A stretch of DNA of 62,507 nucleotides from Pachysolen tannophilus NRRL Y-2460 (Eukaryota), in the NCBI GenBank assembly GCA_001661245.1, contig KV454014.1, positions 1,383,989-1,446,495 on the forward strand, in the 5' to 3' direction. The first letter of the stretch is position 1, and every line of letters begins with the position of its first letter. Positions 1-11,700 of the stretch are shown here, in pieces. The notes under the pieces were generated by a model, which had not been told where the DNA came from, ran no database searches, and saw only the letters and a program-made list of their open reading frames with translations. Both the position numbers and the translations under genes were made by a program.

Positions 1-1720
1 ACCAATCATCAGTGGCATTTCCATTATCACGATTATCTCCAGAATACAAGTGTTTTCCTGCTTTATGTATATCATCATCTTTAACTTTAAAATTTCTATT
101 TGTCACAGATGAAAAATTTTCAAAGCCTGCACCTCCCCCTGCTCCTCCAATATGAAGATATTGTTGTAACATCGGAATATCTATCACAGACCCACCTGGA
201 GTCATATTGAATTCAAATGGAGTACTTCCTCTACTATTATAATTATTACTATTATTATTAATGTTGTTGTTATGACCATTATTCTGATTACTATGAGTAA
301 AATTGAAGTAACCTTGTTGTTGTTGTTGTTGATGATGTTGTTGCTGGTTTCCTTCTGATTTATTACCATATTTTTCCAAATCCAAATTCAACGCTTCTAT
401 TGTATCTATATCACGAAAATCAACACCAAGTGCGTCTAAATCAAATCCGGATAAAAGTGCTTTTTCGGCTAACTCTTGAGCACTTAGTTGTGGTGTTGCA
501 AAACCAATTTGGTGAGGTGCTTCAGATATACAGTTCTCTTGAATATTTTTAGCGTCTTTCAATAATGTATAAGAGGAAGCAGAAGCAGCACTAAATGAAG
601 CATGTCTGTTTTTATTTTTTTTACTTTGTTCCAGATGACTATTATTTGATGAAGTTGAATTATTGTTATCATTGCTATTATGATTACTATCTCCAGGAGT
701 AGTACTTGATTCTGGGAAAGTGGAAGAGCTCACACTATGGTTCATTGCTGTAGAAACAAATGTCATAGGTGAAGGTCCTAAATAATTAATATCCAAGTTA
801 TCCTTATTTGTATGTGCAAGATTTGGAGGTGAAGTATTTGAAGTTGCTGGTGAAGGTTCCTGAGGTTTGTTTAAATTTGAGAAAAGTGATCCCACGACAA
901 TAGGAGATCCATTTGATGAAGAAGATGTCCTTGAAGTATTATTTTTAATATTGGTACTATTATTAGCAGATGAATTTCCAGCAGTCATTGATATACCATT
1001 ACTCAGTATTGATAGATTTTTTTGATTAAAATCCGATTGAGGAGGAGTAAAAGTTGATGGGATATTTTTACTATATCTTCTTGGTCTTTTAGTTTTAAAA
1101 TTTGGATCATTTGTATCTTCTTCAGTAGTAACATTATCATCATTTTTAATTTCTCCCTTGGGGCTTAACAAATTATCATTATCCTTTGATGGTAGAGGTA
1201 AATTTGGATTTGTATTTTTATAAACTATATTAATATTTTCATTTAAATAATCTTGAATAACGTCTCCTGGTTTAACATTTGGATTAAAATTATGTTTTCT
1301 TGTTCTTGACCTGTTTGGTGTTGGTAATGAAGCATGTAACTTTTGTTGATGCCTCAATACCAAATCTCTTCTTGCAAAACATCTTCCACAAGCACCACAT
1401 TGGAAAGGTTTTTCATTTGTATGTGATCTTTCATGTCTTTTCAAATGTTCTAATCTAGCAAAAGCTCTTGTACATGTCACACAAACATGTGGCCTCGGCT
1501 TATCGGTTTTAATTATAGCCGACTTCTTAGGTATTGGTTGATGAAGAGATGGCGATAACGGCGACTCGGATCTTGATTCTGGTGACGGCTGTAAAGGGCG
1601 CTTCACAGCAGTAATATTGACATTAGCAGCAGGAATCATACCAGCAACAGTAGTATCTGAATTCAAATCAGCAACAGAACCAACACTGTCTTGTTTTATC
1701 TTTGATGTGTTTAAAGACAT
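1..1720 (-). CDS. C2H2 zinc-finger transcription factor, Tda9/Rsf2(Zms1)/Adr1 family; 3'-truncated by the window edge
   Basis: Missing from the ORF track because there is no stop in the window. ATG at 1720 reads [13 protein letters not shown]...[69 protein letters not shown]: two C2H2 fingers with the IIKTDKPRP leader typical of Tda9/Rsf2. The same frame reads as coding at the window start. Confidence 0.9.
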   Translation of the reverse strand, partial: MSLNTSKIKQDSVGSVADLNSDTTVAGMIPAANVNITAVKRPLQPSPESRSESPLSPSLHQPIPKKSAIIKTDKPRPHVCVTCTRAFARLEHLKRHERSHTNEKPFQCGACGRCFARRDLVLRHQQKLHASLPTPNRSRTRKHNFNPNVKPGDVIQDYLNENINIVYKNTNPNLPLPSKDNDNLLSPKGEIKNDDNVTTEEDTNDPNFKTKRPRRYSKNIPSTFTPPQSDFNQKNLSILSNGISMTAGNSSANNSTNIKNNTSRTSSSSNGSPIVVGSLFSNLNKPQEPSPATSNTSPPNLAHTNKDNLDINYLGPSPMTFVSTAMNHSVSSSTFPESSTTPGDSNHNSNDNNNSTSSNNSHLEQSKKNKNRHASFSAASASSYTLLKDAKNIQENCISEAPHQIGFATPQLSAQELAEKALLSGFDLDALGVDFRDIDTIEALNLDLEKYGNKSEGNQQQHHQQQQQQGYFNFTHSNQNNGHNNNINNNSNNYNSRGSTPFEFNMTPGGSVIDIPMLQQYLHIGGAGGGAGFENFSSVTNRNFKVKDDDIHKAGKHLYSGDNRDNGNATDDW

Positions 1721-2002
1721 CCAAAAGAAGAGAAAAAAGTAAAAAAAATTTCTTTGTAAAAATCAATGAATCAATAAATCTTTTAATCTCTTGATCTTTT
1801 TTTTACTTTTTTTTTTTTTTTATATTATATATATAATATAAAAAAAAAAAAAAAAAAAAAAATTTAAAAATTAAAAAAGTACTTTATTCTTCCAAATCCT
1901 GCCCACAAATGGGTGGTAGAATATTCAATACCGTAAGATTAAAAGCTTAAATAAGGTTACTATATTAAAGCCTGATTCTTTATATAAAGTATTATCTGGT
2001 AT

Positions 2003-2034
<32 letters not shown>

Positions 2035-2161
2035 TTTTGACTATAGTTTTTAATGCTTCTTTTTTTTCCATTATAGCTCTCTCTGACGATTTTTTTTATT
2101 AGAAATACATTTTTTGATCTCCGAGACACTACTGCTTTGCCCGAAACAGTAATCAGCAATG

Positions 2162-2281
2162 TAGGGCTGTTTGTTTTATCTTATTTTTTTTTTATACTTT
2201 AGTTCTGGGGCTGTAGAAATGTTAGGGGCGTTAAAAGTTTTAAAAAAAATTTTTAAATTCCGTAAAAAAACCAGCCCCTAA
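2162..2281. promoter_or_regulatory. Cluster of Tbf1-like sites upstream of the snoRNA
   Basis: TAGGGC 2162-2167, TTAGGG 2222-2227, CCCTAA 2276-2281, followed by poly(dA:dT) tracts and a TA-rich box near 2540. Tbf1 sites are a known feature of yeast snoRNA promoters. The same bases also fit STRE (AGGGG) or Mig1 motifs serving the divergent TF gene. Confidence 0.5.
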
Positions 2282-2608
2282 TTGGGTTTGTGCTTTGTTT
2301 TTGTGCTTTTTTTTTTGTAAGTAAAGAAAAAAAAGAAAAAAAGAAAAAAAGAAAAAGAAAAATACAAAGGTCGTGTAGTAGTAACTAATACTTGTAATTT
2401 GTTTCAATTTGTGTGATATCGGCCGCTACGTGCACTACTATACTCTTAAGTTTTTTTTTTTTTTTTTTTTTTTTGGTTTTGTTAACACGACTGTGTATTA
2501 TGTATGGTTGGTTGGTTTAGCCAGGAAAATTTTTCTTCATATATATATTGGTATTATTCTTAATTTACATTTAATTTTCTTTTCCTTTTTCTTTTTTTTT
2601 TTCTCTAC

Positions 2609-2817
2609 AACCTTTGTCCAAAAGGAAACCATCATAATAGACAGTGCATTTTTTATGTTATCGACAGTTTGATCCAGTCATTGGATTGAACTGTCTTTTT
2701 TCAATTCCAATCATGATAGATGCGATCATTGATGGTGAGATAAAGTATTTATGTGTCATTTAAGAACTCGTCTGGATTTTGAAGATGAAAGAGGAGTGTC
2801 AGTTGGCCCAAACAAAA
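2609..2817 (+). ncRNA. SNR3: Box H/ACA snoRNA, snR3 ortholog (25S rRNA pseudouridylation guide)
   Basis: Hairpin 1: lower stem ACCATCA 2628-2634/TGATGGT 2730-2736, upper stem GCAT/ATGC, 15-bp apical stem 2663-2695 with G:U pairs, H box AGATAA 2738-2743. Hairpin 2: ACTC 2766-2769/GAGT 2794-2797, ACA box 2812-2814. Both 3' guide strands start 14 nt before their box. Pocket 1 (UAGACAGU + GAU) fits 25S AUC-U-G-ACUGUCUA; pocket 2 (UUUAAGA + GUCA) fits 25S UGAC-U-C-UCUUAAG. Ends are approximate. Confidence 0.85.
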
Positions 2818-3345
2818 TAAATAAATTCTTTCTACAACAGTTTCTTTTCACTGGTAGATTAATTAATTAATCTTTACTTTTCCAAACACTTTAGTTGTTG
2901 TGTTTTTTCCTGTACTAATAATAATAATAATAAATAACTATTGTAGACAGTCAGTTAGTTAGTATAGCGGTTTATATTCCATCTCTTTTGCCGCTTTTCT
3001 TACTAGATTTACCCGGACCTTTTCCCTCTCTCTCTCTCTCTCTTCTTTTTTTCACTTCTTTTCTACTTTTCTTTTTTTTCACTTTTTCTTCTTTTCTTCG
3101 CATGAAAAAAAAGTTTTCCTCTTTTGGAAAGAAGTAAACATGTCGACGCATCTCTATGAAGTGACATTTTGACCCGGCCAAATCGACAGCGTCCATCGTC
3201 AAGAACCTTAAAGATTAAAACTAAATTACAATAAATAAAAAATATAACAAAAAATACAAAAAAAAAAAAAAAAAAGAGTAAATTTACAAATAGTTTTCAA
3301 TATAAAATAAAATAGTAAACAAACAGACTGACTTCTATGTAACTT

Positions 3346-5349
3346 TTGGTAAATAAGGAGAATATTAGCGATTTATCTGTCTTGACACCAATAAAGAGAA
3401 AGTTTAATACTTCACCACCACTCTTGGACAAAATTATAAACAATGACCAAGTTCAGGATTTGAAATTCGATTTGAATGTTCTCAAGTCTGAATATGCTGA
3501 TTTAATGGTTAAGAATTCTCATTTTTTAAAAGAACAACAAATTTTAGAAAATGATTTACTTTTAAAAGAAAAAGAATTATTAAATAGGTCTAAAAAAATT
3601 AATGAATTAATATCGGAAAATAAGAATTTAGAGAAAAAATTAAAAGATGAAATTGAACTGGGTGAAAAAGAATATCTGAATTGGAATTCCATGAGGAGTT
3701 ATTATGAACAAAAAATTAATAATCTTAATAGAATGTTAAAAGAACAAGATATTAGTCGAAAAGAATTTGAAATAAATAATAATATACTGGGAAATTCTAG
3801 TTTTAACATCAAAAATGGAAATGATACTAGTGGTCCCGAGGAAACAATTAAAACCTTAACAAAGAAATTGAAAATATTAGAACGTGATCATGAATTGGAA
3901 AAAACTTCAAAGATGTTGATTATTGATGAATTTGAATTATTAAAGCAGAAATTTTTAGAATTGGAAATGAAATGTCAATTATTGGAATCTAATCGTGATA
4001 GGCTAATGCTAACAGATATGGATCTAAATCAGGATCCAAATGATTCAATAGGGAGTGTCTCAAGCTATGGAAGTAACGAAGTGGAGAAATTCATATTAGA
4101 TAATGATGATGATAATGATGATAATAGTAATAGTGATAATAATAGTGATAATGATAATTGCAAAGGGCAAATCATTCAGACAAATAATATTTTAGATTCT
4201 TTTAATGATGCGGATCACATAACTCTAAATTCTCCTATAACACTAGCAGATGAATTAAGTGCTACTGTAGGAGCAAGCGCTAAAACAGAGCTTTATGCAT
4301 CAAATAATCTTCAACCGCAAGAATTAATCAAATTGGAATTTCAAATAAGATCATTACAACTTCAAAATGAAAAATTGCATTCATATATTGGATTTTTATT
4401 ACAACAAAACTCTATCAACTCTTTAAGTACTAATGATCAAGCGTTGACTAAAGCTGATAATATTGAATATTCAGATGAAAAATTAATTTCAAGTGCTAAA
4501 AGAAACCTTAGTTCCAAGAGAATCCTTCGTTCTGTTAGTGCCATGCCAATCAATCTAGAAATATCATCAAGTCGGCACAGTAAACAACAGAAAAATTCAT
4601 TGGAATATCCTTATGCCACTCCATCTCCAAATGAGTGGCACTTCAACTATTTTAATAGTTCTACTAATTGTGGTAATGAGAGATTGTTCTCTTCATCTTC
4701 AACATCTTCTTCAGCATCATCCTCATCCACTTCAACCACTGTCTCTGATCATGCAACTGATGAAGAAATGTCAATGTTTTTAGGAGCTGACTATTGTCGA
4801 AATGATCAACAACAGTGGCCGCCTAGATTACATAATATCTGTTCAACGGCAAATTTGAAAAAATTGCATTATGCTAAGAGCAGGTCTTCTTTGAATTCAA
4901 AGAAAAAGGAAAAAAGCGATGGAGACATTTTTCTTAATGATGACAAGGACACTGTGGATCAAGCTTCAGAGAAAACTAACAACATCACAAAGGAAAGATT
5001 GAGCCAAAAAAAATTGTCTACAATAACAGAAGAGATTAAATCATTGAGTAAGAAAAAATCAGAGTTATTAATGTGTTCTGTTTCATCTCCTTTATCTTCT
5101 TCAAGAAGCAAGAGGACAACATTTGAATTGATAAGAACAGATAACATGATAATGCAAAAGGAAAGAATAATTTTGAATCTAATCGATGATTTGAATAGCT
5201 GTAGAATGTGCAGAAATCATTTGTTTTTTAGTTGCCATTGTAGTTTAATGCATAAAGCTGAACTTTTCGCCCATAGCGTGTTGTTTCCAAACGGGTTTTT
5301 GGATGAAGTCGAAGATGTTAACGAAGAAGTTAATTTAGACATTGAATGA
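3346..5349 (+). CDS. Hypothetical coiled-coil protein; start codon uncertain
   Basis: 667-codon open frame with heptad-rich E/K/L segments, D/N-rich and poly-Ser tracts, and an N-terminal KEN motif. The track start is TTG; the first in-frame ATG is at 3505; an in-frame ATG-TAA sits at 3337-3342. Confidence 0.75.
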   Translation: MVNKENISDLSVLTPIKRKFNTSPPLLDKIINNDQVQDLKFDLNVLKSEYADLMVKNSHFLKEQQILENDLLLKEKELLNRSKKINELISENKNLEKKLKDEIELGEKEYLNWNSMRSYYEQKINNLNRMLKEQDISRKEFEINNNILGNSSFNIKNGNDTSGPEETIKTLTKKLKILERDHELEKTSKMLIIDEFELLKQKFLELEMKCQLLESNRDRLMLTDMDLNQDPNDSIGSVSSYGSNEVEKFILDNDDDNDDNSNSDNNSDNDNCKGQIIQTNNILDSFNDADHITLNSPITLADELSATVGASAKTELYASNNLQPQELIKLEFQIRSLQLQNEKLHSYIGFLLQQNSINSLSTNDQALTKADNIEYSDEKLISSAKRNLSSKRILRSVSAMPINLEISSSRHSKQQKNSLEYPYATPSPNEWHFNYFNSSTNCGNERLFSSSSTSSSASSSSTSTTVSDHATDEEMSMFLGADYCRNDQQQWPPRLHNICSTANLKKLHYAKSRSSLNSKKKEKSDGDIFLNDDKDTVDQASEKTNNITKERLSQKKLSTITEEIKSLSKKKSELLMCSVSSPLSSSRSKRTTFELIRTDNMIMQKERIILNLIDDLNSCRMCRNHLFFSCHCSLMHKAELFAHSVLFPNGFLDEVEDVNEEVNLDIE

Positions 5350-5735
5350 TTGTATCACTAGTTTTTATTTTATTTTATTTTTTTTTTTAGATTCATATAA
5401 TTTTTTATTTAGGAGGTTTCTATAACATTGGGTGGTTTTTTTTATATATATATATCTTTTAATTCTTCATAGGTTCTTCAAAAATAATAACGATCAATAA
5501 ATTACTTTAATGCCCTTACTCTATCAAACATTATTATACTCTTAATTATATTATACAGAAGTTTTTTAAAAGTGCCGGAATAAAAAAAAAATAATTTTAA
5601 CAAAATCAAAACGAAACATTCAAAAATATAAAAACAGATCATTATCAACAAAATTAAACTCAATAAAATAAAAGAGATAGAAAACAAAAAAAAAAAAAAA
5701 AACTTAAGAAAAATGAGAAGAAAAAAATGCATCTA

Positions 5736-8700
5736 TTAAGCTGCAACAGGGTTAACACCTCCACTGCTACTACTGATATGACGTAATAAAGAACCAAACA
5801 AAGTTTCAAACTCCGGTTTCGACTTAGTGAAGCCCAATTCGAAGAATGCATACTCACTGTTCTTCAATAATTCTGTGAATGTAATTAACAATCCCCATGG
5901 ATGTGGTCTGTTTGCAATTGTTCTCTCTAATAATACTCTTGCGATAAGCTCTTGTATATTTTCTCTATTTGAGCCCCACAAAGAAGCATAGCTGAAGAAA
6001 TAAATTAAAATGCAACTAAACCAATGAGTATGCGCATTAGGATATCTCAATTGATTAGTAATAGCTTCTAAAATCTGGTATTGTAGCTCAACCGATCCAC
6101 TTTCATAAATAAGCCCCGAAAGCAAAGAAACGTGAGACGATTTCTGATTGAATAATGCAGAAGAGGTTTGCTGTCTCTCGTTCACTGCGCTAATTCCAAC
6201 ATAAAATACCAAGGCGTTAATAGTCTTTAAATCATATGTGCACTTTGAAAACCCAATACCAGATTCCGAAACCGGTTCTGCCAATTTCAAAGAAGAAACA
6301 ATGGTTTTCAAAATTGAATGAGAAGGAACACGCAAGTAATTGTCCACAGTTTTCCTCAAATTTTTGTTCAGGAGATCAATAGCAGGATCATAGGCTATAA
6401 CTGGAACCTCGTTAATTTCAGGTAATCTATCCACTTTTAAACCTGCTTGGAAAGGATCTGCAATGGTCATATTTGATGGAAATGCAGAAAGAACAATATT
6501 CCTCAATTGGACATGTGACATTTGTATATTGATTATCAACTGGTAATGGTTTTGAACAAGAAATTCAGGGAAATCGTGCAAAATCAACAAAAAGATACGA
6601 ACTGTTCCTTTGTAAACTAGTCCCAACATATCTTTGGAATCTTTATTATTAACATATGTGGATTGAAATCTCAATAACGCTGTTAATAAAGGAACAAATT
6701 TTGACCAACCTTCATTGTTTGACAACTCCAATATACATGGTAAAAAAAAGCGGTTTGATATTAAAGCAATCCAACTGAACGTAAAACCAGGAAATGCTAA
6801 TGGCTGTAGAGAGGTAAATGTTTCAGCCATTGTTAAATAGAAGAATTTATCAAAATTTAATAAATCTCCATCTTTGTGATTCTTTTTATATTCCTTCCAA
6901 TTGGCCAATAACGTAGAATAAATTCTAAAATATGGTCTCTGGTTAAAACCTTGAACATCCTCATGATCATGGGCAAAACATATAGTAACAATAGATAAAA
7001 TTGCTTTCAATAGTGTCAATTTATAGGAACCATTTTTGTCGTCTTCGACATTAATAAGAATCTCCATAATCAAATCTGCAAAAGCATCTGTTGTGGCATA
7101 AAAATCAGCTCCCTGCTTCTTTGAGTCATTATCTTTAATAAAGGAGGTGACAGATACTTGAGTTGCAAGTCTGAAGAATAGAGTCAAAGATTCGTTATCA
7201 GATAAAATATTATTTTCAAACAATTGTTTGACAAAAGATGCTCTTATCAAACGAATATTTTTAACATCTTGACGCTGACAAATTTTAACCCACTCCGAAT
7301 AAACGGAACACATTGCTTCAGCAGAATTAAATGAGGGGTTCATTGATGCCTCATTCAATCTTTCGAAAAAAGATGATATTATCGAATTTTCTTGAATTGA
7401 TAATTCATGCCTTAATGCTTCAATAACGCCAATAAATTGTGAACGAACTGTTATCTGGGAATCCGATGCAATTACAAGTGTTAATAATTTGACAGAAAAC
7501 ACAATAGCTGATTGGTTTCTATCAGCAATCAATTTCGACATTGTGGAATCCAATTCAACTGGAGAAACTAGCGATCTCTTAAGTAAATGAATCATGACAT
7601 TTTCATTTAATTTACGTTCATCGTAAACATGAACCAACCAATAGCTGACATCCTTGAAAGTGATTGGGGATAATGAGCAGATTTTTGCTAGTAATTCAAC
7701 AAATATCTCAGCGGCCAATTGGTTATCGTCACAAGATGTAAATAAAATATTAATTATAGCCTGAGATACCTTTAACAAAAATTGATCATTAGTCGCATAT
7801 CTTTCCACTATAGTTGATATTTGAGAAATGATAACCTTTATTTGATGATCATTAGGAATTTCTTTGAGAGACTTTGCATTAGATCCTGCAGTGGATTGTC
7901 TTAACAATAAGTCCAAAAGCTGTGAGAGTGAAATAAGACTCTGCTCCATTAACTGAGCTTGCTGCTGAACTGTGGATAATTGCTGTTGCTGGATAACAGG
8001 CATAGCATTAATGGTATTTGGAGTGAGTTGTGAGTTAGAGTTAACTTGCTCTGTACGTGGCAGCTGATCATAAATGTGACCATCACTTACAATACGTTGT
8101 TGAATAGGAACCTGCTGAGCCGGCTGTTGCTCCAGTAAATTGATCGACGGTTGCGCAGTACGCTGTTTAGCAAAATTTTCATAAACAGAGAGTTGTTGCG
8201 GAGTAACACCACCAAGTTTAAGTCCTAAAGGTTCTGGTAATTGAATAGCATATTTAGAGGCAGCAGAAATATCAATAAATGGTTGCAGACCTCTGGATTC
8301 TTTATGTTGTCTACGAGCTTGATAGCCCTTCTGTAATATTTCTTCTAAATCCTGTAACGCTCTCTCGACAGCAGAATTCTGAATAATGGCTATGGCAATA
8401 TCAATATTTTCATCAATTGCTAAATTCAACTCATCTAATAATGCTTGATCGATTTGAGATACTATAGTACCCAATAGTTGAACCAATGAATTATGAACTT
8501 TTTCCTTTAAGAGATCATGACATGTCACAATAGTCAATTTTTCGGCTAACTTACTAACTTGCTGCTGGGCGGCAAGTCTTAACTTCAACTCATCACCATC
8601 CAAAGCAAAATCTTTAGTTACTAAACTTTTAGTAGTGAAAAGCGCAATTCCGTTAACTCTTTCAACAACAGCTGGTAAAATTTCTCTTACAGATCTTGCA

Positions 8701-11700
8701 AAAGCCATCTGAAAGATACGCTTCAAGTTTGGATGAGTGACAAAAGATGTTTGACCGTGTAAAGCAGCAAATGGACCCAACGAGCTATTATCAAGTTGGG
8801 CATTATTCATATTTAATGGCGAAGCAGTAGAGGTGACAGAGCCTGCAGAAGTTATACCAGCAGCAAAGCCTGATTGTTGTTGTTGCTGTTGTTGGATCTG
8901 GGCCAACCTCTGTTGCTGCAATAATTGCTGCTGTTGTTGTTGTAACATAGCGGGGTTTATTGTTGCAGAAGGAGCCATATTTGAGACTTCAGGTTCATTC
9001 AATGTCATTTTAGCCATTCCACGAATTACATTTGTACTTTCATACAAATTATCAATATCATGCGGTTCGTGACTTCTGATAATTCCAGATGCTTCAATGT
9101 CATCTAATTTAATATTTAAAGAATTACATAACACTTCGATTTCAAATTTTAAGTTTAATTTCAAATCACCAATTTCATATAACTCCTTCAAAATCAGTAA
9201 AATTCCCAACAACCATGGATTTGGATACAGAAAAACTTTTGAATATTTCGCCTGATCTAAAACTTTACAGACAAAAGGAATTATGATTGACAACTTTTTA
9301 TGGTCAAAAGCTTCAACTAATAAATCATTGAATGAAAAATTTTGATGCAAAATAGGTCTATTTCTTGATATGGTAATGCGTCCAAGCCAGGAACCCAAAT
9401 TTTTCAAATTTTGTCTTTCGGTATCTGTCAACGACTCTTGGTCTCCAGAATTTGAAAGACTTACATTCATTAATTTAATAATTTGTTGAGTCGAAATAAA
9501 CAAAACATGATTCTCAAATAATTTAGAGTGTAATTCTTTAACCAATCTTCCATAAATTTCATGATAATTGGGTTCAGATTTTGCTCTTTGAACAACCAAA
9601 TAGAATGCGAACCACTCACAATACTTATCTAACAAAATTTCTCTCATCTCTTCAATTTTGGAATCAAAATTATCGGTACTTATATTATTAACAATAAACA
9701 ACACTTTGTCTGAAATTTCTTCGTCTGGAGTCTCCTGTGGTACATCACCCTTGATAGCATTACTGAGAAAAATAGATTTGAGTTTGGATTGTTCGACTTT
9801 TGCCTTATCTTCTTTGGGACTTTGGCTTGTTGTATGTTGCTGTTGATATGCACCCAGGGCAGACAGTGTGTTTGGCGTAAGTTCGCCATTTACTATAGCT
9901 GTGATGACATTATATACTTGAGGTTGTGTTTGTAAAGTTGGAATTTCAACAAGGATAGAACAATAATTTTTAAATTCCGGTAACCTCTGCCTACAAGCGT
10001 ACAATGCTTGAACAGCAAATTTGAACATATTACTTTCGGCAGGTTGTCTTGCTGAATCTAAAATATATCTCAATGCTATTTGCAAAGCTGTTCCTTCAAA
10101 TAATTTAAAGTGTATCATTGAACCGAACAACACCGATGTTAATGCTATAGCTTCAATGGGGTATTCTGGGAAAAACCTATATTCATCGATTATAGAATGT
10201 AACATACAAGCGAATAAGTCTTGCTCTTGAGGATTATCTGAATTTTTCAAATTTCTTAACAAATCAGTTATTGTTCTAATTTCCAATTCATTACTATACA
10301 TTCTCTGGAAATAAAGCTTCATTTTCTCTTCAACTTCTGGACTAAAATGGGGATTTAACTCATCTGCTGCAAGTATTGCTTCATCGTGACCAAAACCAAA
10401 ATTGATTAATCTTGGGAAAACTTGTAATAACTGCACTTGAATATTTTTGAAAATTTCTAAATTTTGAGCTGATAATTTTTGATTAGAAATTACATTTAAT
10501 ATTGAATGAACAGTTGTGAGTTTCAAATTTTTATTGTGAATCTCTATTGCCTGTTGACATTTTGATTCTATGAACTTCAATATTTCCAGCATTTTTTGAT
10601 TAGCACCTTCATCCTCAGTATTTTGAAATTTTTTGTTCAAATATACTTCCAAATTTGGCCATCCTAAATTTGCAGCTTCGACACTTAAAACTAAAATTTC
10701 TTCAAAATTTCCAAGTCCATTCAAAATCATTTCTATACCACCTTCAAAAGGTATTGCAAGCGATAATGATTTTTGTAAAGAATCAAAGTTAGATCTGGAA
10801 TTATGATAACTAATTAAGGCCTGGGCTAATGTTTCATTATTATATTCATGAAATTTTTGAACAATATAAGGTAAATATGTGGAATTAATGTCTAATAACT
10901 GAGTGAATAATGAATTTAATATATTTAATATAATTTCATCTTCTTCTTCGTTATTTTGTTTCTTATCACTTAACAAAGATATAGAAGCAATGACTAAATA
11001 TTCAGGTACTGCTCTATAATCTTCATCAAATAATTTCGAAAGTTCATCACCTACTTCCTGATCTTGATGCTGTAAATTTGAAATAGTAATTAATTCCAAT
11101 TTAGCAATATTCAAGAAATATAGTATTGAATCTCTTACATTTGGTTGATCATTAATCACTGGTTCTAGGTCTAATGTTAGAACATGAATTGCACCATCTG
11201 GTGCCATTTTTTTCAATTCGTGTAATGCTATAATTAATTGTTTTTGTAAAGTGGTTAATTTTTTTTCATTTATTAATTTTTTCAAGAAAAAATCAATTTG
11301 TGGAGATAATAAACAAGATAAAAATTGACTTAATGAAGAAGTTGTAAGTTTAAAACTATTTTGTAAAAATTGTGAAACAATTTTATCAATAACAACATCC
11401 CAATTTGGTTTTAAAGTTAATCTATTATAAAAAATTGTATTTAACAAAGTACCATTCAGTGTTGATTCAACAATATTTTCGGGTGTTAAAGAAGTATATC
11501 TATTACCATCCAAGAGTTGAGATGTTGGAAATAATATTTCTGTTAATAATATTGAAATAGAATCATCTAATTTATCTTGTTGTTGAATATTTAATAATGA
11601 AGTTAATAATTTATCTGGAGCTAAATTATGAGGTCCCAATTGTTGTAATATATCTTTAAAACTCATTTTGTTTACTGTTTGGAAAAAATTATTAATTTCA

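Noticed and set aside
2288..2428. URS1-like TCGGCCGCTA (2419-2428) and MSE-like TTTGTG cores suggesting meiotic control of the coiled-coil gene
   Set aside because: The URS1 has a core mismatch, TTTGTG is common in T-rich DNA, and the snoRNA lies between these sites and the gene.
2409..3202. ORFs 2409-2672 (+) and 2972-3202 (-)
   Set aside because: Non-ATG starts and poly-F or poly-K/R content derived from T/A tracts; the first overlaps the snoRNA.
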